Source: Candidatus Omnitrophota bacterium
GTDB lineage: Bacteria; Omnitrophota; Gorgyraeia; Gygaellales; Profunditerraquicolaceae
DNA length: 64,000 bases
Assembly (NCBI GenBank): GCA_043808425.1
Contig: JAZDEW010000064.1
Span: 11,772-75,771 of the forward strand
Direction: 5' to 3'
How positions within the stretch are numbered: the stretch's first letter is position 1; every line of letters starts with the position of its first letter. Both the position numbers and the translations under genes were made by a program. Below the pieces are notes generated by a model. The model ran no database searches. It was not told the DNA's origin and saw nothing but the letters and a program-made list of their open reading frames with translations. This document shows positions 1 through 9,307 of the stretch, one piece after another.

Positions 1-1464
1 CCCCTTAGCCACAACTTCAAAAGTACTCTTCTTAAAAGGTACCGTAATCTGCCTCTTTTTCTTCATAGAAAAATCAAGGCCGCCCATGGCTTTAATAATA
101 TAGGGACTTAATAAATATCCGCGATTTGCAAACACCGCCAACATATTCGCGGCTTGTAAAGGGCTAACCAGGCAATCACCCTGGCCAATGCTTAAATTTG
201 CCGTGTCCCCATCGAACCAGCTCTTAAATTTATTCAGCTTTCTCCATAAAGGAGAGGGGATAAAACCGCTAGTTTCGCCAGCCAGCTCAAAACCTATTTT
301 TCTGCCAAAGCCTAATTTTAAAGCATAATCATAAATATTCTGCGCGCCTAGAAGTAAACCTGTCTTATAAAAAAATATATCGCAGGAACGGGAAAGTGCC
401 TGGAAAATATCCACTGAACCATGCACATCCCAACATTTAAATCTCCTAGCCCCCACCATGGTTGAGCCCTGGCAGACAAAAGTCGTAGAAGTATTTATTT
501 TTTTTAATTCCAGCCCGGCGGAAGCCACTACCATTTTAAAAACCGAAGCCGGCGGAAAGCTTGATCCGATAGCGCGGTTGATTAATGGCGCGCCGGGATC
601 ATTAAAAAGCGCGGAAATAATCTTAGCGCGTTTATACACAAAAACCTCCGGATTAAAATTCGGATAACTCGCCAAGGCCAGAATTTCTCCACTAAACGGT
701 TCCATTAAGATTACGCTGCCTTTTCGACCATTTAATTTTTCTTCGATAATCTTCTGAATTGATAAATCCAAGGTCAATACAACATCTTTACCATTACGCG
801 GAGGTTGAAAACCCAAAACGCGCATAAATTTTCCCCGGTGATTTACTTCAACCGACAGCCCTCCCTCTTCCTGCCGCAGATAATAATCATATTTCTCCTC
901 TACCCCGCCAAATCCGACAATATCTTTAGTTTTATAACCATAATCTTCTAATTTGGTTAAGCGCCAACGATCAATCTCGTTGACATAACCAATCACATGC
1001 GCGGCTAGCGGGCCATACGGATAATGACGCAATGGCTTAGGTGTAACAATAATACTCGGTTGTTCACTCTTCTGTTCACCTAATAAAATTGCATCTTTAA
1101 GCTTAATATTCGTCGCCACGGTAACCGGCACGCTGGAAGAAATAAAATTCCTTTTAAATGTCGCCCTCAACTCTTTAACTTCTACGCCTAAAATACGGCT
1201 AATCAAAGTTAAGACCTGATCAAGATGGTTTAGATCTTGAGAAATAATCATTACATCATAAGAAATTTTATTATCCACAATAATCTCGCCGTGGCGATCC
1301 AGGATATTGCCTCGGCTACCGAATTGAGATATCAACCGGATACAATTTCTATCACTAAGGCGCCGAAACTTAGCCCCTTGCCGTATCTCAAGGTTTAAAA
1401 GCCCGAAAATTAAAACACTAAACATAATAATAATAAATAAATTTAAAATATTTCTTCTTTCCAT
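1..1464 (-). CDS. mrdA: Penicillin-binding protein 2 (MrdA), the transpeptidase that elongates the cell wall. The N-terminal part runs from the ATG at 1464; the C-terminus lies beyond the window edge.
   Basis: The minus-strand translation from the ATG at 1464 has an N-terminal membrane anchor, a PBP dimerisation region and an SVFK (SxxK) active-site motif. It sits directly downstream of mreBCD, the canonical position. Confidence 0.75.
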   Translation of the reverse strand, partial: MERRNILNLFIIIMFSVLIFGLLNLEIRQGAKFRRLSDRNCIRLISQFGSRGNILDRHGEIIVDNKISYDVMIISQDLNHLDQVLTLISRILGVEVKELRATFKRNFISSSVPVTVATNIKLKDAILLGEQKSEQPSIIVTPKPLRHYPYGPLAAHVIGYVNEIDRWRLTKLEDYGYKTKDIVGFGGVEEKYDYYLRQEEGGLSVEVNHRGKFMRVLGFQPPRNGKDVVLTLDLSIQKIIEEKLNGRKGSVILMEPFSGEILALASYPNFNPEVFVYKRAKIISALFNDPGAPLINRAIGSSFPPASVFKMVVASAGLELKKINTSTTFVCQGSTMVGARRFKCWDVHGSVDIFQALSRSCDIFFYKTGLLLGAQNIYDYALKLGFGRKIGFELAGETSGFIPSPLWRKLNKFKSWFDGDTANLSIGQGDCLVSPLQAANMLAVFANRGYLLSPYIIKAMGGLDFSMKKKRQITVPFKKSTFEVVAKG

Positions 1465-1467
1465 GAT

Positions 1468-1956
1468 TTAATAAAAACTCAGTAAGTATGAGGAGATCTT
1501 TTTTGTAAGCTTAAAAATTAAAGGTGATAAGGCCGTTGTATAAATACTAACAATTATCAAGTTGCGTAAAAAAATGCCTGGCGGCATAATATTTCCGGTC
1601 ACCACGCTTTGCAGCCCAATGATAAGATTATTTAACAAGGCTACCACCAAAACTATTGCCCAACGCACATAATCATTTTCAGTAGATATCTGACGGTTGA
1701 GCCGATATAACAAATAACTCCAGATGCTAAAACAAACTGTATTTATTGCCAGCGTCCAAGGCAGGAATACGTCTTTAGCCAATCCGGCTAGTATACCAAA
1801 TAATAAAGCGGTCTTAAAATCCGTATAAAAAACTAAAGCAATCATAAAAATCAACAAAAGGTCTGGTTTACAATAAAAAAAGTTTAAAAAATTTGGCCAT
1901 ACTAATTCTAGGGTAACTAGAATTAGTATGGCCAACAAAAAAAATAACTTTTTCAT
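1468..1956 (-). CDS. mreD: Rod shape-determining protein MreD
   Basis: 162-aa polytopic membrane protein. It overlaps the mreC stop by 4 nt and sits in the mreB-mreC-mreD-mrdA order. Confidence 0.7.
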   Translation of the reverse strand: MKKLFFLLAILILVTLELVWPNFLNFFYCKPDLLLIFMIALVFYTDFKTALLFGILAGLAKDVFLPWTLAINTVCFSIWSYLLYRLNRQISTENDYVRWAIVLVVALLNNLIIGLQSVVTGNIMPPGIFLRNLIIVSIYTTALSPLIFKLTKKISSYLLSFY

Positions 1957-2726
1957 GGAATAATCACCAATACCTCTTCAAGGCTGGCAAGATCCACAAT
2001 CGGCTTAATCAAGGCATAGCGGTTAAGTCCGGAAAACTCTCGTTTGATATTTACCACTCTGCCTACAAGCAAGCCCTTAGGATAAATCTGGCTTAATTCC
2101 GAAGTAATAATAATATCCCCCGCTATAATCTGGGCCTCATCCGGAAGATAGCGCATAATTAAATTAGTGCCCAAGGTCCCGCTAACCAATCCTTCTTGCC
2201 GACTGCGCTGTACAATGCTAAAGATGCCTTGATTAGGATCATTAATTAACTGCACCTTACTAGTGCTATCCGAGCTTTCTACTATTCTCCCCACTAATCC
2301 CTCAGGGCTAATCACCGCCATTCCAGACTTAATTCCGCTATATCTACCTTTATCAATAATCACGCTAGAAGACCAGCTATCCGGCGAGTGGCCGATAACC
2401 CTAGCGGCCACCAGGCGTAAAGAAGATTTCTGTTTAAAAACAAATAAATTATTAAGCCGAATATTTTCCTGGCTAATCTCGCGTAGATCAAACAAACGCC
2501 AACGTAACAAACTAATATCGTTTTGTAATTTTTCCGCTTGAACCATATTACGATGATAAAAAATAATACCGGAGATTTCGTGCTTAATTAAACCAATAAG
2601 AGAAAGATGGGGTTTGAATATTTTTTGCGCTGGATTTTTAAAACAAGATAAAGAAATAGCTACCAATAAAACAAGGCCAATGGCTAGAATAAAACTAATT
2701 AAGGTTTTACGGGGTAATTTAAACAC
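1953..2726 (-). CDS. mreC: Rod shape-determining protein MreC
   Basis: 257 aa with an N-terminal membrane anchor, a coiled-coil segment and a beta-rich C-terminal domain. It lies between mreB and mreD. Confidence 0.75.
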   Translation of the reverse strand: MFKLPRKTLISFILAIGLVLLVAISLSCFKNPAQKIFKPHLSLIGLIKHEISGIIFYHRNMVQAEKLQNDISLLRWRLFDLREISQENIRLNNLFVFKQKSSLRLVAARVIGHSPDSWSSSVIIDKGRYSGIKSGMAVISPEGLVGRIVESSDSTSKVQLINDPNQGIFSIVQRSRQEGLVSGTLGTNLIMRYLPDEAQIIAGDIIITSELSQIYPKGLLVGRVVNIKREFSGLNRYALIKPIVDLASLEEVLVIIP

Positions 2727-2799
2727 ATTTAATTAGAAAAACAGGTGACTTCACCTGGCGCAGATTGGTATTGCGCCAGTGTCGCCTCGTGGCGAAGAT

Positions 2800-3873
2800 T
2801 TAATTGCGTATTTCGGTTTTAACCGGCACGGTAACTTTCTTAAGATATTGAATTTCACTTAATACAATACCTGTTCCATTAGCTACCGCCGTAACCGGAT
2901 CATCAGTGATATGCACAGGCAGGCCCGTCTCTTCAGAAATTAATTTATCCAGCCCCCTTAATAATGAACCACCCCCGGCCATAACAATCCCGTGGTCAAT
3001 AAGATCCGCCGCTAACTCCGGAGGAGTTCTCTCTAAAGATATTTTTATAACTTCCAGTATGGCACGTAAAGTTTCTTGAAGGGATTCACGAATCTCCTCA
3101 CTAGTAATGGTAACGGTTTTAGGCAAACCCGCAACCAGATCCCTACCCTTAACCTCCATACTCATCTCCTCTTCTAAAGGGTAAGCAGAACCGATTTTGA
3201 TCTTAATCTCTTCAGAGGTACGTTCACCGACCATCAGGTTATATGTTTTCTTAAGATACTCAATGACCGCTTCATTCATTTCGTCCCCACCGATACGAAT
3301 AGACTTGGAAAAGACTGTTCCGCAAAGGGAAATTACGGCAATCTCTGTAGTACCTCCTCCAATATCAATAATCATATTCCCGATAGGTTCCTGAATAGGC
3401 AGGCCTACGCCGATAGCCGCCGCAATTGGCTCCTCAATCAAAAATACCTCTCGCGCTCCGGCCCGCTCCGCAGAATCCTTTACTGCCCGCTTTTCTACCT
3501 CCGTAATACCGGAGGGAATAGCAATAACAATTCTGGGCCTGACTAAAACTTTACGATGATGCACCTTCTTAATAAAATAGCGCAACATAGCCTCAGTAAT
3601 CTCAAAATCAGAAATAACTCCATCTTTCATCGGCCTGATCGCAATAATATTTCCAGGAGTACGCCCGAGCATGCGCTTGGCTTCTTCTCCTACCGCTAAA
3701 ACATGCGAAGTTCCTCTTTCGATAGCAACTACAGAAGGCTCACAAAGCACCACCCCTTCGCCCTTAACAAAGACTAAAGTCGTCGCAGTGCCCAAGTCAA
3801 TTCCCATATCATTAGAGAAAAGACCTAAGATATAATTAATTCCTTTCTTTAGTTGCTGACTTAATTTATTCAT
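2800..3873 (-). CDS. mreB: Rod shape-determining actin homologue MreB
   Basis: Contains [15 protein letters not shown], the actin-fold phosphate-1 motif, and the [11 protein letters not shown] motif. The start is called at the ATG at 3873 (MNKLSQQ), which follows a GGGAGA ribosome-binding site, not at the longer ORF start at 3930. Confidence 0.9.
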   Translation of the reverse strand: MNKLSQQLKKGINYILGLFSNDMGIDLGTATTLVFVKGEGVVLCEPSVVAIERGTSHVLAVGEEAKRMLGRTPGNIIAIRPMKDGVISDFEITEAMLRYFIKKVHHRKVLVRPRIVIAIPSGITEVEKRAVKDSAERAGAREVFLIEEPIAAAIGVGLPIQEPIGNMIIDIGGGTTEIAVISLCGTVFSKSIRIGGDEMNEAVIEYLKKTYNLMVGERTSEEIKIKIGSAYPLEEEMSMEVKGRDLVAGLPKTVTITSEEIRESLQETLRAILEVIKISLERTPPELAADLIDHGIVMAGGGSLLRGLDKLISEETGLPVHITDDPVTAVANGTGIVLSEIQYLKKVTVPVKTEIRN

Positions 3874-4016
3874 TTTTTCTCCCAAAATTACATGATTAGA
3901 AATTTTAACAGAGATTAAGCCCTTTGTCAAATAGAATCAACACCTTATAGCTTTTCTCCTACACAGCCGTGAGAACCCAATATCATATCTTAAAAATCTC
4001 AGCCTAAACATCTTAA

Positions 4017-5450
4017 CTAATTTCTAGATAAACTTTTTAAAGTAGCCAAAAAACCGGGAAAAGACTTATTAATACAGCTAACATCATCAAGCCTAGACTC
4101 ACCCTCCGCGGCTAAAGCCGCCACCACCATACTCATGGCAGTACGATGATCTCCAAAACTTTTAAGCTCAGCCCCACAAAGCCGGCCCTGTCCATTAATA
4201 ACAATATTTTCTCTCCGGCCAGTCTTTTTTACCCGAATATCTGCTCCCATCTTCCTTAAATTAACAACCATGGAATTAATTCGATCCGTCTCCTTAACCC
4301 TAAGTTCACTAACCCCTTTAAATATACTGCGCCCTTGGGCAAAACAGGCAGCAACCATCAAAATAGGAAGCTCATCCACTAAAGAAGGTATTTCACGAAA
4401 ATAAACTGTCGTACCCTTAAGCTTGCTACTCCTTATAATAAGATTGCCCCGAGGCTCAAAATTTTCCGCCTTATGGCATTGGGCATGAGAAGACAAACCC
4501 CGCCTTGCCGGCAAGAAATCTTTCTTTAGCTTCTCAAATTTAAAAGTAACAACTTTTATTTTAGCCTGCATTCTTTTAAGCACATTGATTATTCCGCTAC
4601 GGCTAGGATTAAGGCCAACCTGCTCAATAACAATCCTGGCTTTAGGAATAATCGTAGCTAGAACTACAAAAAAAGCTGCCGAAGAAATATCCCCGGGAAT
4701 ATAAATTTCACCCGGGCTAACTAAGTTTTGGCTGGAATTTAAGGTTATGCTATTATTATTTACAGCTACATCGGCCCCGAAGATTTTAAGCATACGCTCA
4801 GTATGATCACGGGTACTTAAGCGCTCAATAACTTGAGTTTTACCTTTAGCGAATAAACCGGCTAAAAGAATCGCGGATTTAACCTGGGCCGAAGCAATCT
4901 TTAAGTGGTAGACAATGCCCTTAAGATTTCCTCCGCTGATAATTATCGGCGCATACTCTTCCTGAGCCTTAATCCTGGCAATAATCCGCGCCCCCATCAA
5001 ACGCAAGGGTACGTTTACTCTAGACATGGGCCGGGCAGAAAGATATTTACCCGCAACTATTTTAGTTTTAAAATCCATCCCGGCTAAAACACCTAAAAGT
5101 AAACGTAAAGAAGTTCCGGAATTATTTACAAAAACCGGCTGATGAGGAACTTTCCATCCTTGCCTGCCGCAACCGTTAACAAAAACTACCCCCTTCTTGC
5201 GCAATATTTTTACTCCCAAAGCGCATAAGGCATTTAAGGTAGCCAAAGAATCATCATGTACGGGAAAATTATTAAGAATGGTTTTGCCGCTAATTAAGGC
5301 ACTTAAAATTAACGCACGGTGGGCAATAGACTTATCCCCGGAAAGAGTAATACGGCCAGTCGGGATAAATTTATTCTTGATTAAAAAAGGCTGACGCGAG
5401 ATTGAAAATTTTGCCTCTAAACGATCGACGGATTTTCTAATACAGCTCAC
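4017..5450 (-). CDS. aroA: 3-phosphoshikimate 1-carboxyvinyltransferase (EPSP synthase)
   Basis: Motifs GDKSIAHRALILSA, NSGTSLRLL, RDHTERML, GDISSAAFF, VKETDRI and GDHRTAMS. It carries a roughly 25-30 aa insertion relative to E. coli AroA. Confidence 0.85.
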   Translation of the reverse strand: MSCIRKSVDRLEAKFSISRQPFLIKNKFIPTGRITLSGDKSIAHRALILSALISGKTILNNFPVHDDSLATLNALCALGVKILRKKGVVFVNGCGRQGWKVPHQPVFVNNSGTSLRLLLGVLAGMDFKTKIVAGKYLSARPMSRVNVPLRLMGARIIARIKAQEEYAPIIISGGNLKGIVYHLKIASAQVKSAILLAGLFAKGKTQVIERLSTRDHTERMLKIFGADVAVNNNSITLNSSQNLVSPGEIYIPGDISSAAFFVVLATIIPKARIVIEQVGLNPSRSGIINVLKRMQAKIKVVTFKFEKLKKDFLPARRGLSSHAQCHKAENFEPRGNLIIRSSKLKGTTVYFREIPSLVDELPILMVAACFAQGRSIFKGVSELRVKETDRINSMVVNLRKMGADIRVKKTGRRENIVINGQGRLCGAELKSFGDHRTAMSMVVAALAAEGESRLDDVSCINKSFPGFLATLKSLSRN

Positions 5451-6307
5451 TTTGTCTTTTGCGTTACCTGATCATTTTCTTTAATCAAATCTTTTAACTC
5501 CGCAGCAAAACCAGCGGCAGACATAGCTTCATGGACCTTCTCTACTTTTAAATCTCCAATAGTCTTACCCAAACGAGATACTAAAAATTCATCACCTATG
5601 CTTACATGATCTTTGCTGCCCAAATTAATCACCGCGAAATTAAATTCTTTATTTACAATTATCACCTTACCTTCTTGGCCCTTGGCCAAAGAAGGCTGAT
5701 CTTTTTTAGCAACCTTGGCGACTTTCGTCACCGGCGCATTAATTTTCTCATCAGCCAATTTAGCTTGAGCTGGAGCAGCATCAATAGCCGACTCAGACGC
5801 TTCCGGGCTGACGATCACCTTGCCCAACTCTACGCCTCCTGCACCCGTTTCTAAATCTTTAATTTTTGTCTCCAGATCAATCTTCTGCTGTTGCATGATT
5901 TTTATTTGCTCATTAATTTTCTTGCTATCTTCCTGAACCTGATTAAGCCTTTTTTCAAGATCCTTGCGCAATAATTGCTGCTCAGAAAGTTCCGCCGTAA
6001 TCTGCCCTAACTTATTAAATGTTTCCTCATGCGCTGATTTTTCCGTAAGCAACTCACCCGCTAAAGAATCCGCCTTACTTTCGGCTTCTTGTAATTTTAG
6101 CTGAAGTTCCGTAGCCACCTTTTTAGACTCTTCGAGCTGACTAACCGTTTGGCGTTGACGATTTTCCAGCTCCATAATCTGCGCTTGAAGCTGGACATTT
6201 TGCGCATGCTCTTTTTGATATAAATAAAATACCCCCACAGCAGCTGCTAATGAAATAACAAATAATACAATTAAGACCAATAACCGGATCGAGCCATTAC
6301 GATTCAT
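5447..6307 (-). CDS. Hypothetical membrane-anchored coiled-coil protein
   Basis: N-terminal transmembrane helix (LLVLIVLFVISLAAAVGVFYLY), then a Q/E/K-rich coiled coil, then a small C-terminal beta domain (VIIVNKEFNFAVINLGSKDHVSIGDEFLV). Its stop overlaps the aroA start by 4 nt. Confidence 0.4.
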   Translation of the reverse strand: MNRNGSIRLLVLIVLFVISLAAAVGVFYLYQKEHAQNVQLQAQIMELENRQRQTVSQLEESKKVATELQLKLQEAESKADSLAGELLTEKSAHEETFNKLGQITAELSEQQLLRKDLEKRLNQVQEDSKKINEQIKIMQQQKIDLETKIKDLETGAGGVELGKVIVSPEASESAIDAAPAQAKLADEKINAPVTKVAKVAKKDQPSLAKGQEGKVIIVNKEFNFAVINLGSKDHVSIGDEFLVSRLGKTIGDLKVEKVHEAMSAAGFAAELKDLIKENDQVTQKTK

Positions 6308-6587
6308 TTTTCCTCCTCATTTTTTCTCAACCTCCGGCGCTTGGGAAAAATAACCCTCAAGCTCCCGCGAAGGGAAAGATTGCTTTGCTTAAATTTCTTA
6401 AACCCTAACAAATATTTCGCTTACAAGTACAAAAGCACTAATAAATCAATGCGCTAATTCCTCCCAGGCTTACGCAGAAAATTTCAAAAAAATTCCTAAA
6501 CAATTAACCGGGGAGGCCCTCCTTATAAGGAAAAACTCCTTTTCTACTTCTTTCTTAGTCATTACTATAACATTGGTTAGGTAAAAA

Positions 6588-7505
6588 TCAAGAGAAATTC
6601 TTTTTAATAAATTCTAGAAATTCTAAAGGAATTTTACTGGTGAAATGTATAAGCTTCCCGGTAGAAGGATGAATAAAACCAATCTCTTGAGCATGTAAAG
6701 CCAACCGCGAAAAATTATCTCCCTTTCCATACTTAGCGTCGCCAAGTATCGGATAACCTAAGTAGGCCAAATGCACCCGGAGTTGATGTGTCCTGCCGGT
6801 GAAAGGTTTTAATTCCAAAAAGCTATAATGCTTAGAACGCTTTAGCGTCTTATAAAAAGTCTTGGCATATTTAGTATTTTGCGTAAACGAAACGGCCATA
6901 TTTTTTCGCTTTAAAGGATGCCGGCCAATGGGGGCCTCAATCACGTCTTCATCAAACTCCACCCGGCCACTAACAATAGCGACATATTTACGCTGAATGC
7001 TGTGTTGGGCAAACTGCTTGACCAATTTTAAGTGGCTGGCATTATTTTTAGCAATCACTAAAAGCCCGCTTGTTTCTTTATCTAGGCGATGCACAATTCC
7101 CGGACGGTTTTTATTTATATCAGAAAGTTCCGTAGAGCGGCCCAACAAAGCGTTAACTAAAGTATGCTCCCGATTTCCCGGAGCCGGATGCACCACTAAT
7201 CCCACCTGCTTATTAATTACCAATATATCCTTATCCTCATAAACAATATCCAGGGATATCTGCTCCGGTAAAAATTCTATTTTTTCTTTCTCCGGTAAGA
7301 AAACCCGCAAGGCATCACCCGGACTTAACTTCTGATGCGGCTTATTAACTATTCGCGAGTTTAATAGGACTTGCCCATCATGGATAAGCTTCTGAATATT
7401 TGTACGCGATAAACCTAAATTATTACATAAAGCATAATCCGCCAAGAACAAATCCAGGCGCATCTTTGTATCTTTGGCTTTAACTTGTAATAATAATTCT
7501 TCCAC
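6588..7505 (-). CDS. rluD: 23S rRNA pseudouridine synthase, RluD/RluA family
   Basis: N-terminal S4 domain, plus the HRLDKETSGLLV catalytic-Asp motif of RluA-family pseudouridine synthases. Confidence 0.8.
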   Translation of the reverse strand: MEELLLQVKAKDTKMRLDLFLADYALCNNLGLSRTNIQKLIHDGQVLLNSRIVNKPHQKLSPGDALRVFLPEKEKIEFLPEQISLDIVYEDKDILVINKQVGLVVHPAPGNREHTLVNALLGRSTELSDINKNRPGIVHRLDKETSGLLVIAKNNASHLKLVKQFAQHSIQRKYVAIVSGRVEFDEDVIEAPIGRHPLKRKNMAVSFTQNTKYAKTFYKTLKRSKHYSFLELKPFTGRTHQLRVHLAYLGYPILGDAKYGKGDNFSRLALHAQEIGFIHPSTGKLIHFTSKIPLEFLEFIKKNFS

Positions 7506-7560
7506 AAACTCTTCCCCGGGCAGACCTGAGCCTGTTTACCGTAAATTATTTAACCAAGGA

Positions 7561-8295
7561 TTATTTTTTCTTAATCACACGCAACCTGAAGAATACCCCC
7601 AAAGAGAGAAAAAACATCACCGAGCATAAAATCTGGAAAAGAGTTAATCCAAAAAACAACCTTGGGCTATCGTTACGGAGGAATTCAATAAAAAAACGCT
7701 TTAAAGAATAAAGAAAAAGATAACCACAGAAAATCTCTCCCGGCCAATGTTTTCTATCTTGCTTAAATCTCAAGATAACAAAAATCAAAAGCATAAGCAG
7801 CGAAGAATACAGCTGGGTCGGTATTAAAATCTGATCAAAAGCTTTAAAATATAGTCCAAATTCAGATTCCCGGCCAAAACAACAACCATTTAATAAACAC
7901 CCTATTCTGCCAATCGCCTGGCCTAAAGCAACAAAAGGAACCAACAAATCTAAGCTCCTGAGCAAATTCATTTTATGTTTCTTAATAAACAGGGCTGCCG
8001 CGCTTGAACCAAAAACTAAGCCACCGAACCAGGCCATGCCTCCATGCTGCAGCATAATGATCTCCAAAGGATACTGCAAATAGAAACGAAAATTAATGAG
8101 CACATAAAATAGCCGTGAACCTATAATACCAAAAATAAAAACATAGAATAAAAGATTGAATACCTGCTCGCTGCTCATTTGCTCTTTTGCCGCCTGTAGA
8201 GAACTTAAATAGGCGCAAACAAAAAAAGCCAAAACCAGCATCAAGCCATAAGCATAAATCGTAAAAGTCCCTATCGTGCAAATTTCAGGCAGCAT
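7561..8295 (-). CDS. lgt: Prolipoprotein diacylglyceryl transferase
   Basis: Polytopic membrane protein with Lgt signature regions (GGMAWFGG, GRIGCLLNGCCFG). It is adjacent to lspA. Confidence 0.8.
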   Translation of the reverse strand: MLPEICTIGTFTIYAYGLMLVLAFFVCAYLSSLQAAKEQMSSEQVFNLLFYVFIFGIIGSRLFYVLINFRFYLQYPLEIIMLQHGGMAWFGGLVFGSSAAALFIKKHKMNLLRSLDLLVPFVALGQAIGRIGCLLNGCCFGRESEFGLYFKAFDQILIPTQLYSSLLMLLIFVILRFKQDRKHWPGEIFCGYLFLYSLKRFFIEFLRNDSPRLFFGLTLFQILCSVMFFLSLGVFFRLRVIKKK

Positions 8296-8719
8296 TTTTA
8301 TTGAATAATAATTCCCAACTTAATACAAACGCAGCGATGGTAATCACCGAATCCGCAATATTAAAAACCGGCCAGACCCGCAGGTCCAAAAAATCGACTA
8401 CAAAACCAAAGCGCAGCCGATCAATCAAATTACCTACAGCTCCCCCTAAAATCAAGCTTAAAGACAGCTTAAATACATTTGAATTCGTTTTATTTTTTAA
8501 ATTACAGAGAATAAGCACAATCGTAAAAAGCGAAACCAGCACAAATAAAAAAAGCTGATTCTGAAAAAAACCAAAAGCAGCCCCACGATTATGCACCAAA
8601 GTCAAATTCAAAAAATTTTTTATTACGGAAACCGGAGTATTTAATTGCAGAAATCTTAAAGCAAAAAACTTAGTAAGCTGATCTAATGCAACAACGCCTA
8701 AAACGATGATCAAAATCAT
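8285..8719 (-). CDS. lspA: Lipoprotein signal peptidase II
   Basis: LDQLTKFFA, HNRGAAFGFF and FNIADSVI motifs. Confidence 0.85.
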   Translation of the reverse strand: MILIIVLGVVALDQLTKFFALRFLQLNTPVSVIKNFLNLTLVHNRGAAFGFFQNQLFLFVLVSLFTIVLILCNLKNKTNSNVFKLSLSLILGGAVGNLIDRLRFGFVVDFLDLRVWPVFNIADSVITIAAFVLSWELLFNKNAA

Positions 8720-8922
8720 CTCCTAAAACCCCCGCGCGCGCGCTTTTAGAAGCCTGGCAGATTTATTTACCCGCCAACGCTTGGCTTCCGCCTCCGCTTC
8801 CACGAAGCTTCGGCGGATGCTTCCAAGCACATTATGCAAAGAAGTATCGGCGGATCCGCCTTTAAAATTATTTTACGACATCCGTCGCAGCACTCCTGCG
8901 CGAAGGCGATCAATTAAAAGCT

Positions 8923-9306
8923 TTATTTCTTTTCCCTTTTCTGCTGGCATTTAATACATAACCGAGCGGAAGGAACTGCTTTTAATCTAATTTTAGTAAT
9001 GGAAGCCTTGCAATCATCGCAAATACCAAAAACACCTTCTTCTATCCTCTTGAGCGCGTCATCCAGCTCATAAAGAGATTTTCTCTCACTAGAAGCCAAT
9101 CCCAAAGAAAACTCACGATCATAATTATCCGTAGCCACATCCGCCATATGATAAGTATAACCGGAAATATCCCCAGAGGCCTCTTTTTGTGATTTTCTTA
9201 AAATATCATCGGATATATGCTTAAGATCGCCGAGTATCTCTTCTTTCTTCTTCAGCACAATCTTCTTAAAATCCTTCAAAGCGCTTTTAGAAAATTTTTT
9301 TTTCAC
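8923..9306 (-). CDS. DksA/TraR-family C4 zinc-finger protein
   Basis: C-terminal CDDCxxxI...CIKC four-cysteine motif after a coiled-coil region. It lies directly downstream of ileS. Confidence 0.65.
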   Translation of the reverse strand: MKKKFSKSALKDFKKIVLKKKEEILGDLKHISDDILRKSQKEASGDISGYTYHMADVATDNYDREFSLGLASSERKSLYELDDALKRIEEGVFGICDDCKASITKIRLKAVPSARLCIKCQQKREKK

Positions 9307-9307
9307 T

